Shown piece by piece: positions 1 through 8,394 of a stretch of 64,000 bases of DNA; position 1 is the first letter of the stretch; each line of letters starts with the position of its first letter. The translations under genes were made by a program, and so were the position numbers. Where the stretch lies: sequence record CP099787.1. One strand, 5' to 3'. This DNA comes from a plasmid. The notes under the pieces are model-generated. The model was not told the origin of the DNA. It did no database searches and was given only the letters and a program-made list of their open reading frames with translations.

Positions 1-198
1 ATAAGCTCGACCATATAATTGACTTTGTTGTCAAAGTCATCAATTAAGATTTGGACTTTAGATAATGTAAGGTTTTCAATTAAGATTTTTTCAAGTAACT
101 GACTTGTAGAGATTCCTAATCTATTAGCCATATCATCATAGTATTTCTTAATTTCAGGGCTAACCTTACCTCCAATTGAAACTTTCTTTTGGGTCATG
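1..198 (-). CDS. partial CDS (N-terminal part; continues past the window start), small protein of unknown function, possibly DNA-binding
   Basis: The reverse complement of 1-198 translates to MTQKKVSIGGKVSPEIKKYYDDMANRLGISTSQLLEKILIENLTLSKVQILIDDFDNKVNYMVEL... with an ATG at 198-196. No stop codon is reached before the window edge. Confidence 0.4.
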
Positions 199-623
199 AG
201 TTTGACACTCCTCAAGAGCTGTGGATAAACAAAAGATGAAAAAATTGTAGCACTTTGATGCATTTTTTTTAAATTTCATTTTAGTTCTTTTGGAAATATT
301 TATATTTTTATGTTCAAAATAGTTGTGTAACTATAGTTTTTACATATATTTCAATAACATAAATCAAAAACTTTCTGTTTTTATAAAATAAAGTCGGTTA
401 CTCCATATATATTATTTAAAAACAAGTTCTTACATTGTTTTTATGGGTTTATTGGTTAACTTTAAATAAAATGAAAGTTAACACCTATTTCTATTTATAT
501 ATTAATAACATATAACAGTTTATAGATCATAAAAGTTAACCATATTTACCTAGTGTTTTATCCACTCAAAACCTTGCACCATAAAGGCTTGAGCTAAAAG
601 CACCGTTAGGTGCGTGGTGTGTG

Positions 624-651
624 AGAAAAAAAATGAGCGGGGTGTCCCGCA
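624..651 (-). terminator. rho-independent terminator (minus-strand sense)
   Basis: A GC stem gcggg/cccgc (637-650) with a 3-nt loop is followed on the minus strand by a U-run (an A9 tract at 625-633 on the plus strand). Confidence 0.45.
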
Positions 652-775
652 TCATTTAATCAATCTTAAGTTTTTTTAAAAAATTCTGTTGCTAGATTGG
701 TGAAAATATTTAGTATGTAGTTGTCCCCAAACAAAGAAGTTTTGTTTGCTAGTTAAAATTTGAGATGGTGTAAAT

Positions 776-1105
776 ATGAATAATGTTGCTCAAACAAATG
801 ACGAATCTGTTAAGGCTGAAAATGATGCAGCCAATACAAATTCTAATGAAACAAAAGCAAAAGATGAATCAGGTAATATTGAAGATTATTTATCGCCGAA
901 ATGCAAAAAATTAGCTCAACGAAAAGAGCAAATGAAAAGAGAATTAGAATTACTTGATGAACAAATTGCTCAAGAAGTTGAACAAGCAAAATTAAAAGTA
1001 AAAGATGATTTGTTTAAACTTTTAGATAGAAATAAGCTTCTTGAAATATCTCCAAAAGTTTGGAAAAAACATATGGACGATATTAAAAAGATTTTATTAG
1101 GATAA
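776..1105 (+). CDS. hypothetical protein (109 aa, charged/coiled-coil-like)
   Basis: A 330-nt ORF with a clean ATG at 776, followed directly by a strong hairpin terminator. Confidence 0.55.
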   Translation: MNNVAQTNDESVKAENDAANTNSNETKAKDESGNIEDYLSPKCKKLAQRKEQMKRELELLDEQIAQEVEQAKLKVKDDLFKLLDRNKLLEISPKVWKKHMDDIKKILLG

Positions 1106-1137
1106 AAAAAAGCTGGCTTAAAGCCAGCTTTTTTTAA
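1104..1137. terminator. bidirectional rho-independent terminator
   Basis: A8 + agctggctt / aagccagct + T7 forms a perfect 9-bp stem between convergent genes. Confidence 0.7.
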
Positions 1138-1328
1138 CGTTGTGTCCAGCAATTATTCCTTAATGCATATTCTGCTTCCTCACTGGTCTTGAAGTATTCC
1201 GATACACGGCTAACAGGACCATAATTATCAGAATCATAATCAAAAGTTCCAATGTAAAAACCTGCTGCACTTTTTAAAACTTCAAGTTTTAGTTCTTCAG
1301 TTGAATCATTAATTCGATGAGCAATCAT
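1134..1328 (-). CDS. hypothetical protein (64 aa)
   Basis: An ORF with an AGGAG Shine-Dalgarno 7 nt upstream of the ATG. It sits immediately downstream of, and is probably co-transcribed with, 1344..1676. Confidence 0.5.
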   Translation of the reverse strand: MIAHRINDSTEELKLEVLKSAAGFYIGTFDYDSDNYGPVSRVSEYFKTSEEAEYALRNNCWTQR

Positions 1329-1343
1329 TGAGTCTACTCCTAA

Positions 1344-1676
1344 TCAAATTAAAGCATTTATTAAAGTTTCTGGTGCAGCTTTTTCAAATTCACGCTTTAC
1401 CAAAAAGCTAAGTGGAATTGAAAAACCTAAAGATTTTCTTTGATGGATTTTATAACGTTTGACTGTTTTGCCTTCCTCATCACGGCATACTTCTATATGA
1501 TAAATAGTATAAATAATATTCTCTTTAGTAAGTGCTAGAGTTAAAATTTTAGAACCAGTAATAACGCTTTTTTTGTCTTTACCATCAATAAAGACTTTCT
1601 CTTTTTCCAATAAAGTTTCATTGCGAAATTCATTGATAAGATTTTTAATGTCGATCATATTATTTGATTTAATCAT
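1344..1676 (-). CDS. hypothetical protein (110 aa)
   Basis: ORF preceded by the conserved HP1/HP2-SD leader (gagctgaaaagcttatggag + 7 nt + ATG). Confidence 0.6.
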   Translation of the reverse strand: MIKSNNMIDIKNLINEFRNETLLEKEKVFIDGKDKKSVITGSKILTLALTKENIIYTIYHIEVCRDEEGKTVKRYKIHQRKSLGFSIPLSFLVKREFEKAAPETLINALI

Positions 1677-1682
1677 TTGTAA

Positions 1683-1735
1683 ACTCCATAAGCTTTTCAG
1701 CTCAAAAAATAGAAATCAGCCTATCCGATTTCTTG
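1683..1735 (-). promoter_or_regulatory. conserved structured 5' leader (HP1 with GGAUAGGCU loop, plus HP2 abutting the SD)
   Basis: In minus-strand sense: gaaatcggataggctgatttc, then a U-rich spacer, then gagctgaaaagcttatggag. It is one of about 11 full copies. Confidence 0.6.
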
Positions 1736-1777
1736 CTTAAATTATAACATTTTGCTTAATTTTTTCAAGCACTTTGA

Positions 1778-1812
1778 AACAAAAAAAGCCGTTATTCACG
1801 GCTTTTTTTTTG
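1778..1812. terminator. bidirectional rho-independent terminator
   Basis: aaaaaaagccgttattcacggcttttttttt is a stem gccg..cggc flanked by A and T runs. Confidence 0.65.
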
Positions 1813-1820
1813 TTTCAAAA

Positions 1821-2105
1821 TTAAATCCAAATTGCCTGTTTACTATCCCATTTTACGATTTTATAACTATCACTAATTTCACTCTTCTTATAGTCAAAAG
1901 CATTTTGATAAGCCATGTGAATAGCATTGCATATTTCTGGATCACTTAGTTCATCTATTTCAAATTCATCTTGCTTAACTCTTTCAGCTTGACGACCAAA
2001 ATTGTGAGCTATCCAAAACAATTTATCAGCCAATTTATATTCTAATTTAATTTTACAAATCGAAGTATCAATGACATTCATATTTGAATCAACAATTGCA
2101 TACAT
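1821..2105 (-). CDS. hypothetical protein (94 aa)
   Basis: ORF preceded by the conserved leader (copy at 2113-2162). Confidence 0.55.
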   Translation of the reverse strand: MYAIVDSNMNVIDTSICKIKLEYKLADKLFWIAHNFGRQAERVKQDEFEIDELSDPEICNAIHMAYQNAFDYKKSEISDSYKIVKWDSKQAIWI

Positions 2106-2112
2106 CTTAAAA

Positions 2113-2162
2113 CTCCATAAGCTTTTCAGCTCAAAAAATAGAAATCAGCCTATCCGATTTCA
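2113..2162 (-). promoter_or_regulatory. conserved structured 5' leader (HP1 + HP2-SD)
   Basis: Near-identical to the copy at 1683-1735. Confidence 0.6.
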
Positions 2163-2207
2163 CAAATAAATTATATCATATATGTTGTTGAAATTATACA
2201 TTTTAAG

Positions 2208-2241
2208 TTAAAAAAAGCCGATTTTGTCGGCTTTTTTTTGT
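2208..2241. terminator. bidirectional rho-independent terminator
   Basis: aaaaaaagccgattttgtcggcttttttttg. Confidence 0.65.
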
Positions 2242-2250
2242 AGAAAATAG

Positions 2251-2748
2251 TTAAGCAATTTTCTTAATTTTGCTACTAGTTTTTACCTTTTCATTTCCGT
2301 ATTTTGCTCTAAGCTCGTCCATATCTTTGTTTCCTCGTCCTCTGCATTCTGTACCTACATATATCCAAAGTTTTCTAGCATGTGCCCATTTTAAACCAGC
2401 CTCTTTTAATGCTTCCTTATGCGCTTTTGTATTGCCTGAAACATATAACCATAGCCCTATTCTCTCAATCTCTAACCCATCCAAGATTTCTATCTTTTCT
2501 AAAACTTCTCTCAATCGAATTTCTGCTTCAATTTCTTCATCTCGGTTTTTAAAAGTAGATTTCTCTGAATAGTTACTGTCTGCCTTTTTATTAATTAGAA
2601 CTTTTAATAGCTGCTCATATTCTGAATTTATGGCTTGCATATTTTCAGTCGAGCCGCCCATGTCTGGATGATGTTTAAAGCAAAGTTTACGGTATTCTTT
2701 CTTTAAATCATCAAGGTTGTTTACATCAGAACTAAACCATTTTTTCAT
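2251..2748 (-). CDS. J-domain (DnaJ-like) protein
   Basis: The N-terminus carries the HPD motif ...YRKLCFKHHPDMGG.... The true start is probably the ATG at 2748 (MKKWF), because the ORF-track start lies inside the conserved leader. Confidence 0.7.
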   Translation of the reverse strand: MKKWFSSDVNNLDDLKKEYRKLCFKHHPDMGGSTENMQAINSEYEQLLKVLINKKADSNYSEKSTFKNRDEEIEAEIRLREVLEKIEILDGLEIERIGLWLYVSGNTKAHKEALKEAGLKWAHARKLWIYVGTECRGRGNKDMDELRAKYGNEKVKTSSKIKKIA

Positions 2749-2783
2749 TTTGATCTCCATAAGCTTTTCAGCTCTAATTTTTA

Positions 2784-3098
2784 TTATTCACAATTCAAGA
2801 TAGTGTAATGATTTTCACAGATTAGACGAAAATTATTAGTAGCAATTTGAGCGGCATCCTCTATAGAATTAGATGTAAAATCTAAAATTCCATCTATCCG
2901 ATAATTTGAAACTGGACCATATTTACAATCAATAAATACAATTGAGTCATCAATTTGAGTAATGAAATAAATAGTGTCATTGGCTACTAAATGTTTTGGA
3001 TTTTGTGGTGATTCTGAGAAAAATATCCCATGTTCTTTTCCACATGCAGAAATTAAATTTCTGAAGTAATTAAGGGCAATTTTTGTATAAATTTTCAT
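2784..3098 (-). CDS. hypothetical protein
   Basis: The ORF-track N-terminus MKSDRLISIYELKSL is simply the conserved leader translated. The real start is the ATG at 3098 (MKIYTKIAL), 7 nt after the aagg SD. Confidence 0.55.
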   Translation of the reverse strand: MKIYTKIALNYFRNLISACGKEHGIFFSESPQNPKHLVANDTIYFITQIDDSIVFIDCKYGPVSNYRIDGILDFTSNSIEDAAQIATNNFRLICENHYTILNCE

Positions 3099-3103
3099 AG
3101 TAC

Positions 3104-3150
3104 ACCTTAAGCTTTTCAGCTCATATATAGAAATCAGCCTATCCGACTTC
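3104..3150 (-). promoter_or_regulatory. conserved structured 5' leader (HP1 + HP2-SD)
   Basis: gaagtcggataggctgatttc ... gagctgaaaagcttaaggtg, with a G-U wobble in the HP1 stem. Confidence 0.55.
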
Positions 3151-3236
3151 ACCCCTTAATTATACTATATTCTCATGTCTTTTTATTAAGAAAAAACATA
3201 TATTTAGTGTATTTTTTCGTGTTATAAAAGACATTT

Positions 3237-3661
3237 GCAGAGCAACGTGTCCACGTTGCGAACTGATGAAATTTGCGAGCATCCCCCTCCTTGATTACCG
3301 TTTCAAACTTCGAGCGAGTCAGTCAAAATCTGTGATTTTGACTAGACGACCGAAGAAGTGAAACTTCTCCCATTGGACCTTATCCGGTAATAACAAAGCA
3401 ATCCCGCAGGGTTGCGACAAATAGCCCTCTAAATCGCTCTAATTGCCCCTAGATTCAATTTTAAAGATAAACAGCATCCGATCATGCTGCGTTAGGGATG
3501 TTGCCAGTAAGGGGCGAAATACAAGCGTAAAAAAAGAGGATTTGAATCGAGTATTAAAATCAGGTTCAGGCTTTGCATGAAACTAGATTTTAAACTCGAT
3601 GGATCCTCTTTTTCGCTTGGAGTTCGAGCGAAGCCAACTAGCCCGGCCCGTAGGGAACGCC
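3237..3661. repeat. about 425-bp GC-richer, highly self-complementary repeat, copy A (full length)
   Basis: Near-identical to 9018-9442, with a single mismatch. It contains multiple perfect inverted repeats (caacgtgtccacgttg; gtcaaaatctgtgattttgac; aagaggat..atcgagt/actcgat..atcctctt). There is no convincing ORF. Confidence 0.8.
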
Positions 3662-3689
3662 CATAAAAAGATTAAAAAAAAATCAAGTA

Positions 3690-4080
3690 AGATTATTTTT
3701 TACTTTATAAAGCTCAAAAATTTCTTTCGTATGAAGCTGCTCATAATCAAAAAATAGAACTTTATTTTCTCTCGCTTTTCGTACTTCATCAACTTTACGT
3801 CTAAACACCATATTTTTATTGCATAGATAGTCAATCTGTTTGTAAAAGTCACTTTCTAATTCATTAAAAGAATCTGTATCTGATAGATATAGAATTTTAT
3901 TTTTTAAGCTTTTTAAACCTACTGAACCTTAATTTTCACCTACTAGATATCGCCTACAATATTCTTTTTGATGCACATTAGAATAGTGACCACAACCAAT
4001 AAAATTAATAAGATATACAACCACTTGCCTAAAATTATTTTCAACATATTTAAATTATCAATCGAAATTTTCATCTTTAA
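3690..4080 (-). pseudogene. degenerate coding remnants: a 43-codon hydrophobic ORF (MKISIDNLNMLKIILGKWLYILLILLVVVTILMCIKKNIVGDI) followed by about 70 in-frame codons with no start
   Basis: Minus-strand reading frames are too short or lack a start, and the region sits between repeat copy A and the next gene. Confidence 0.25.
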
Positions 4081-4090
4081 ATCCTCATGG

Positions 4091-4103
4091 TTGCGGATCC
4101 GCA
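4091..4103. repeat. degenerate copy (13/14) of the TTGCGGATCCGCAA palindrome
   Basis: The sequence here is ttgcggatccgcat. Confidence 0.4.
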
Positions 4104-4167
4104 TCACTTGAATATTTACCTCTATCGAGAGATTAAATGCGGGCCTCCGTTGGGAAGCCCCTAAAGT

Positions 4168-4926
4168 TTAAAAATTGGCTATTAAAGTTAAGTCTGTGTA
4201 TGGATAGAACTTTAAGAAACATTCAAAAGCCATCTTACTTTCTTCTGCTCCACCGTTATTGTACGTGTTAGAAAACTTCTCTATCTTGTAGTCTTTTCCG
4301 CTCTGTTGAAGGATATAGAAGTTAATTTCCGCTTCGTTAAATGTTTGATAAAAAGTATCTTCATCCATATCTAACGGAAATACATACCCTTTAGTTTGGA
4401 GATCAAATTCTAGTTTATTACCTATAATAAACTTGTCTGCCTGACGCTTGTTTCGAAGTAAAATATAGATAATGTAGTCAGCCCAAAACTGTAGAATCTC
4501 TTCTTGATGTTCATCAAAATATACCTTTCCATTATGTCTTACTTGGTATATTGCATGGAGATTTGCTCTAATGATCACATCGAATGTATTTATCACATAT
4601 CCCGTTTCTGGATCTTCATAATATTTTTCGTTTAGATCAAAATTAACTGGAAAGAAAAAACCATTTGCAGTCATCCATTTTGTATTCATGCAGCATTCTA
4701 CAAAGGTTTGATATACACAGTATTCGTAAACTTCCTCAAAAACGTCTTGCGCTAAAATTTGCAAAAGTCTGTTTTCATTACTGCCAAAATTGAGTTTTCT
4801 AATTTTGTCCAAAAATTCAGATTTATATTCATCTAAATTTGTCAACTCATCCAGCCCGTCATACTGAGCTACATTAAGATTCCTGATAAAAAATTCATTT
4901 TCGCTAATTAAGTCTTGTAAGTTCAT
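4168..4926 (-). CDS. hypothetical protein (252 aa); paralog of 5515..6213
   Basis: An HP2-SD leader precedes it. It shares the motif W-M-x-x-N-G-F-(F/Y)-x-P with the 232-aa product. Confidence 0.6.
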   Translation of the reverse strand: MNLQDLISENEFFIRNLNVAQYDGLDELTNLDEYKSEFLDKIRKLNFGSNENRLLQILAQDVFEEVYEYCVYQTFVECCMNTKWMTANGFFFPVNFDLNEKYYEDPETGYVINTFDVIIRANLHAIYQVRHNGKVYFDEHQEEILQFWADYIIYILLRNKRQADKFIIGNKLEFDLQTKGYVFPLDMDEDTFYQTFNEAEINFYILQQSGKDYKIEKFSNTYNNGGAEESKMAFECFLKFYPYTDLTLIANF

Positions 4927-4992
4927 TTATGCCACCTTAAGCTCTTCAGCTCATGTTAAAAAGTTTCAAAAAGGGTTTTGCTTTTGCTTTAT

Positions 4993-5376
4993 TCAAGCCT
5001 CTAAATAGCTGACTTCCTTTGCTTCCAATAGTTCTTGATAGACAAATAAAATCAGATCCCATCGATTCTTGCCATATGAACAATTGCCATACATGTTTTT
5101 GTTATTCTCATAATAGTCAAGGTATATCTCTGAGGGATCCTCGCCTTCAATTCTAACTGTATAACTTCGATCATTATTTTTCTCAGGCCATTTATCCATA
5201 ATTTCTAGAAAAGATAAGTATTCTTTGAATGGGACATTTCGTTCTACCAAAACACAAACACCTTCATTAAGATCGGTAATTGAGTAGCTGCCCTGACTAA
5301 CTGTAATCCCACACTGGATGAGTTTTTTATGGTTTAAGAGGAACTGGAATAAATCTTTTAGATTATTGTCTTTCAT
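4993..5376 (-). CDS. hypothetical protein (about 127 aa)
   Basis: The conserved leader precedes it, and the true start is probably at 5376 (MKDNNL). Confidence 0.55.
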   Translation of the reverse strand: MKDNNLKDLFQFLLNHKKLIQCGITVSQGSYSITDLNEGVCVLVERNVPFKEYLSFLEIMDKWPEKNNDRSYTVRIEGEDPSEIYLDYYENNKNMYGNCSYGKNRWDLILFVYQELLEAKEVSYLEA

Positions 5377-5388
5377 ATTAATCACCAT

Positions 5389-5432
5389 AAGCTTATCAGC
5401 TCAAATTTTGAAGTTAGCCTATCCAACTTCCT
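5389..5432 (-). promoter_or_regulatory. conserved structured 5' leader (HP1 + HP2-SD); compensatory HP1 stem variant gaagtt/aacttc
   Basis: ggaagttggataggctaacttc ... gagctgataagcttatggtg. Confidence 0.55.
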
Positions 5433-5484
5433 TTAATTATTATACATCAAAAACATATTTTTGTTTTAATATAAATTTAATTTT

Positions 5485-5517
5485 TTAAAAAAACGGGCAT
5501 TATTGCCCGTTTGTTTA
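5485..5517. terminator. bidirectional rho-independent terminator
   Basis: aaaaaaacgggcattattgcccgtttgttt. Confidence 0.6.
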
Positions 5518-6213
5518 GAAAGATGCCAGCAACTCAATATCTGGTAAAAGAGGTTTAATAGCACTTTTAAAATCAAGTGCATCATATACCCCTGAGACAC
5601 TGTGAAAAGTACCTACTGGAATAATCTCATTCTCATTTTCTTTCGCATACAGCAAACTTATCAAAATTTCTGAATCTAGAAATTGTTCATTAAAAATTTC
5701 ATCATCTGAAATTCTTTCTACGAAAATGTATCCTTCCTGATGTAACTCAAACTCATACTTATTTCCTAGTTCTAATTTAAAAATTTTATCATCTGAGCAA
5801 TGTACCGATTCTATTTTTTCAACGTACTTAATTAGAAACTCAACAAACCTTGTTTCGATTATTGCAGTATCAGTTTTGATCAATGTTTTTAATGCTGTGA
5901 TATTACAAAACAGTACTACTTCTAAAATAGAAATATTTGTTTTGTTATAATCTTCAACCATAGAAGGGACGTAAAAACCATTGCCAATCATCCAGCTAGA
6001 TGTAGATACATCAATGTTCATCATCTCCAAAGTATTTGACACAGCAGATTGATAAACATTCAAAAAAGCACGTTCTGCACTTGTAAGTTTCGCGCTTTCT
6101 AACTCAGAACCTTTTATTCTATCTAGAAAATCAACAAGCTCATCTTTTCCATCAGCAATTGCTAGAAGCTCGTTACGGGTATAAAAATATAAATTTGCTA
6201 TAAAGTATTTCAT
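5515..6213 (-). CDS. hypothetical protein (232 aa); paralog of 4168..4926
   Basis: Leader upstream; the paralogy is visible in the central region. Confidence 0.6.
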   Translation of the reverse strand: MKYFIANLYFYTRNELLAIADGKDELVDFLDRIKGSELESAKLTSAERAFLNVYQSAVSNTLEMMNIDVSTSSWMIGNGFYVPSMVEDYNKTNISILEVVLFCNITALKTLIKTDTAIIETRFVEFLIKYVEKIESVHCSDDKIFKLELGNKYEFELHQEGYIFVERISDDEIFNEQFLDSEILISLLYAKENENEIIPVGTFHSVSGVYDALDFKSAIKPLLPDIELLASF

Positions 6214-6217
6214 TAAC

Positions 6218-6268
6218 TCACCTTAAGCTTATCAGCTCAATATTAATAGAATCAGCCTATCCGATTCA
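6218..6268 (-). promoter_or_regulatory. conserved structured 5' leader (HP1 + HP2-SD)
   Basis: gaatcggataggctgattc ... gagctgataagcttaaggtg. Confidence 0.55.
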
Positions 6269-6279
6269 TACATATTTGA

Positions 6280-6462
6280 TTATTTTTCACTAATTACGAT
6301 ATTACTAATATCATAATTGTTTAAAAGTTCATTTAGAAGTTTTACATCTATATCACTACTGCCTAGTAAAACGTTCAAAAAAATTTCTATCCGATCATCT
6401 GGTGTTAGTTGTTCAAGTTTTTCATCATTTCTGAAAAAATCCATGAAGTGTTCGCGGTCCAT
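6280..6462 (-). CDS. hypothetical small protein (60 aa)
   Basis: A strong SD (ggaggtaaatATG), with the 22-bp palindrome immediately upstream. Confidence 0.45.
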   Translation of the reverse strand: MDREHFMDFFRNDEKLEQLTPDDRIEIFLNVLLGSSDIDVKLLNELLNNYDISNIVISEK

Positions 6463-6474
6463 ATTTACCTCCGT

Positions 6475-6496
6475 AGCCGTTGCGGATCCGCAACGG
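6475..6496. repeat. 22-bp perfect palindrome gccgttgcggatccgcaacggc (family core TTGCGGATCCGCAA)
   Basis: Read directly from the sequence; it is self-complementary. Confidence 0.85.
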
Positions 6497-6510
6497 CTAA
6501 AATATATGTC

Positions 6511-7077
6511 TTAAGCGTAACTAGTGAATTTTTGACGCTCATAAACTTTTGTTCCAGTTTCATCTATGACCGTAAATTTTAATAATCTAGCAATTTCACG
6601 ATTTCCAATCTGAACATATTCAGACTCTATTTTCTTTCTAAATGCTGGCCCTATAAATTCATTCGGTTTTGGAGTAACCCATCCTCTCATGTCTTCTTCA
6701 AAACGATATTTTTCAATCTCCCGAAGTGTTACAGTCTTTGCAGTAGATGAAATTACTTGATAAAAACTTACGTTTGTTTGTTCTGATCCCCAGCTAGAAA
6801 CAAGAATTGAACCTGGAATAAGTTTTTCTTTGAATGCGTTAGTTTTCTCTTTTTCTATAAGCTCTTTATTAAATATTTCTTTTACCAGATTCAGCCCATC
6901 AGACCAACAATTAAAATATTCCCATTTTAGCTTTTTTGAGTTTTTTTCAAAAATTCGTGCCGATAAATGAGAGGGTGATAAGTAAATTGTTTTGCCTGTA
7001 AGTTTGGACTTGAAAATTAGTGAGTCTGAATAAACTAGATGGCCTAGATTGTTAGTTATAAGAGTTGCTTTTTTCAT
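6511..7077 (-). CDS. hypothetical protein (about 188 aa)
   Basis: The conserved leader precedes it, and the true start is probably the ATG at 7077 (MKKATL). Confidence 0.55.
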   Translation of the reverse strand: MKKATLITNNLGHLVYSDSLIFKSKLTGKTIYLSPSHLSARIFEKNSKKLKWEYFNCWSDGLNLVKEIFNKELIEKEKTNAFKEKLIPGSILVSSWGSEQTNVSFYQVISSTAKTVTLREIEKYRFEEDMRGWVTPKPNEFIGPAFRKKIESEYVQIGNREIARLLKFTVIDETGTKVYERQKFTSYA

Positions 7078-7083
7078 AATATT

Positions 7084-7128
7084 CACCTTAAGCATTTCTG
7101 CTCATTTGAAACCAGCCTATCCGATTTC
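7084..7128 (-). promoter_or_regulatory. conserved structured 5' leader (HP1 + HP2-SD)
   Basis: gaaatcggataggctggtttc ... gagcagaaatgcttaaggtg, with a G-U wobble. Confidence 0.55.
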
Positions 7129-7199
7129 TCCTTTTAATTATAACATATTCTCGACCACTTACAAATTTATTAACGCAATATAAACAAACACTTAAGCAT

Positions 7200-7245
7200 A
7201 AATATAACCTAAAGGTTATGCTTGCAAATATAACCTAAAGGTTAT
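7200..7245 (+). promoter_or_regulatory. tandem 20-bp direct repeats, each containing the palindrome taacctaaaggtta (putative higBA operator/promoter)
   Basis: aaatataacctaaaggttat occurs twice, at 7200-7219 and 7226-7245, about 35 bp upstream of the toxin start. Confidence 0.5.
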
Positions 7246-7277
7246 AAAATAAAGTATCAACTTTATGATGATTTGTA

Positions 7278-7637
7278 ATGGCTTGGGATGTAGAAACAAC
7301 AGAACTTTTTGATTCTTGGTTGGCAGAACAAGATGAAAATGCTCAAGATAAAATCTTAGCGTCTTTGCTTGTTTTGTCAGAACTGGGGCCAAATCTAGGC
7401 CGGCCTCATGTTGATACTATTAAAGAATCAAAATATCCGAACATGAAAGAGATACGTGTGCAAGTTAAAGGTCATCCGATCCGTGGTTTCTTTGCATTTG
7501 ATCCAGAACGTAAAGCCATTGTTTTGTGTGCTGGAGATAAGAAAGGGCTAAATGAAAAAGCCTTTTATAAAGAAATGATCAAGATTGCAGATGAACAATA
7601 TGAGCAATATTTACGTGATAATTACGGAGATAAATAA
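7278..7637 (+). CDS. higB: RelE/ParE-superfamily toxin (HigB-like 'addiction module killer')
   Basis: A 119-aa product placed upstream of an HTH antitoxin, with a 1-nt ATGA overlap onto the next gene. The sequence pattern is typical of this toxin family. Confidence 0.6.
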   Translation: MAWDVETTELFDSWLAEQDENAQDKILASLLVLSELGPNLGRPHVDTIKESKYPNMKEIRVQVKGHPIRGFFAFDPERKAIVLCAGDKKGLNEKAFYKEMIKIADEQYEQYLRDNYGDK

Positions 7638-7936
7638 TGGCTAAATTAAACGATATAATTTCAAAACGCTCACCTGAAAGCCAACAACGCATCAAGAAAA
7701 TGGCAAATCAAATGCTATTGGATATTAACCTCTCGAACTTACGGGAAGAGTTAAAAATATCTCAAGCTGAAATTGCAAAAAATCTAGGTGTAAGCCAAGC
7801 TGCTATTTCAAAACGTGAAAAATTAGGTAAAGATCTTAAGATTTCATCATTAAAAGAATATGTTGAAGCTATGGGTGGCAAAGTAAGGTTAGATGTTGAG
7901 TTACCTAACGGAAAGCATGTTGCGATATCTATTTAA
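7637..7936 (+). CDS. higA: HTH (XRE-type) antitoxin, HigA-like
   Basis: The helix-turn-helix motif is LKISQAEIAKNLGVSQAAISKREK. A 99-aa product translationally coupled to the toxin. Confidence 0.6.
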   Translation: MAKLNDIISKRSPESQQRIKKMANQMLLDINLSNLREELKISQAEIAKNLGVSQAAISKREKLGKDLKISSLKEYVEAMGGKVRLDVELPNGKHVAISI

Positions 7937-8038
7937 TATGATCCCCAATATGATTGAAAATCTTTAAAACATCAAAAATCGTTTTAACTATTCAATCATT
8001 AGTTACAAAGTAGTGAATTCTAATAAAGGAAAATATAA

Positions 8039-8302
8039 ATGTCTGTCATAGATAGAGCTGTAGAAAAGAATGCTAATTTATCTTATGTTGCCTTAAAAGT
8101 GATCGAATGCTTTAAGGATGCTGGCTTAGACTTAAATTACATTGATGATAAGATAAGTGAATTTTCAGATTTAAGTAATTATGCTGCTCTACATCAAGCA
8201 TTACGTATTCTTGATGATAAGAATATAAATCGATTAGCAGATAAACTTGGTGTTTCGATTTCAGACCTTGAAACGACTTTGTTTGTTTTAAATAAAATTT
8301 AA
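8039..8302 (+). CDS. hypothetical protein (87 aa)
   Basis: ORF with an AAGGAAA SD, followed by a terminator. Confidence 0.5.
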   Translation: MSVIDRAVEKNANLSYVALKVIECFKDAGLDLNYIDDKISEFSDLSNYAALHQALRILDDKNINRLADKLGVSISDLETTLFVLNKI

Positions 8303-8307
8303 TTTTT

Positions 8308-8340
8308 AAGAGGTTGTGTTAACACAACCTCTCTTTTTTA
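8308..8340 (+). terminator. rho-independent terminator
   Basis: aagaggttgtgttaacacaacctct + T7. Confidence 0.65.
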
Positions 8341-8394
8341 TTTCTTTAATTAAAGCTACATGGCTCTTTATCTTTATTGCTCAATTCTTAATTT

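Noticed and set aside
970-1152. The ORF-track entry 970..1152, plus many other short ORFs lying antisense to, or nested inside, larger confident genes. Examples are 1752..1949, 2270..2572, 6317..6514, 13312..13500, 13683..13901, 16222..16416, 16662..16844, 19077..19322, 20360..20602, 22399..22581, 25260..25523, 25525..25794, 29537..29746, 35216..35431, 36536..36763, 37085..37330, 37589..37837, 38037..38333, 38284..38487, 38721..38921, 40700..40966, 41109..41297, 41654..42125, 43418..43633, 46977..47183, 50082..50360, 50785..51027, 51323..51520, 52225..52554, 52923..53168, 55422..55607, 56148..56366, 57273..57455, 57956..58138, 60443..60670 and 61458..61763.
   Set aside because: These sit on the strand opposite recognisable protein-coding genes or run across terminators. 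They have no leader or SD and low-complexity composition typical of AT-rich antisense frames.
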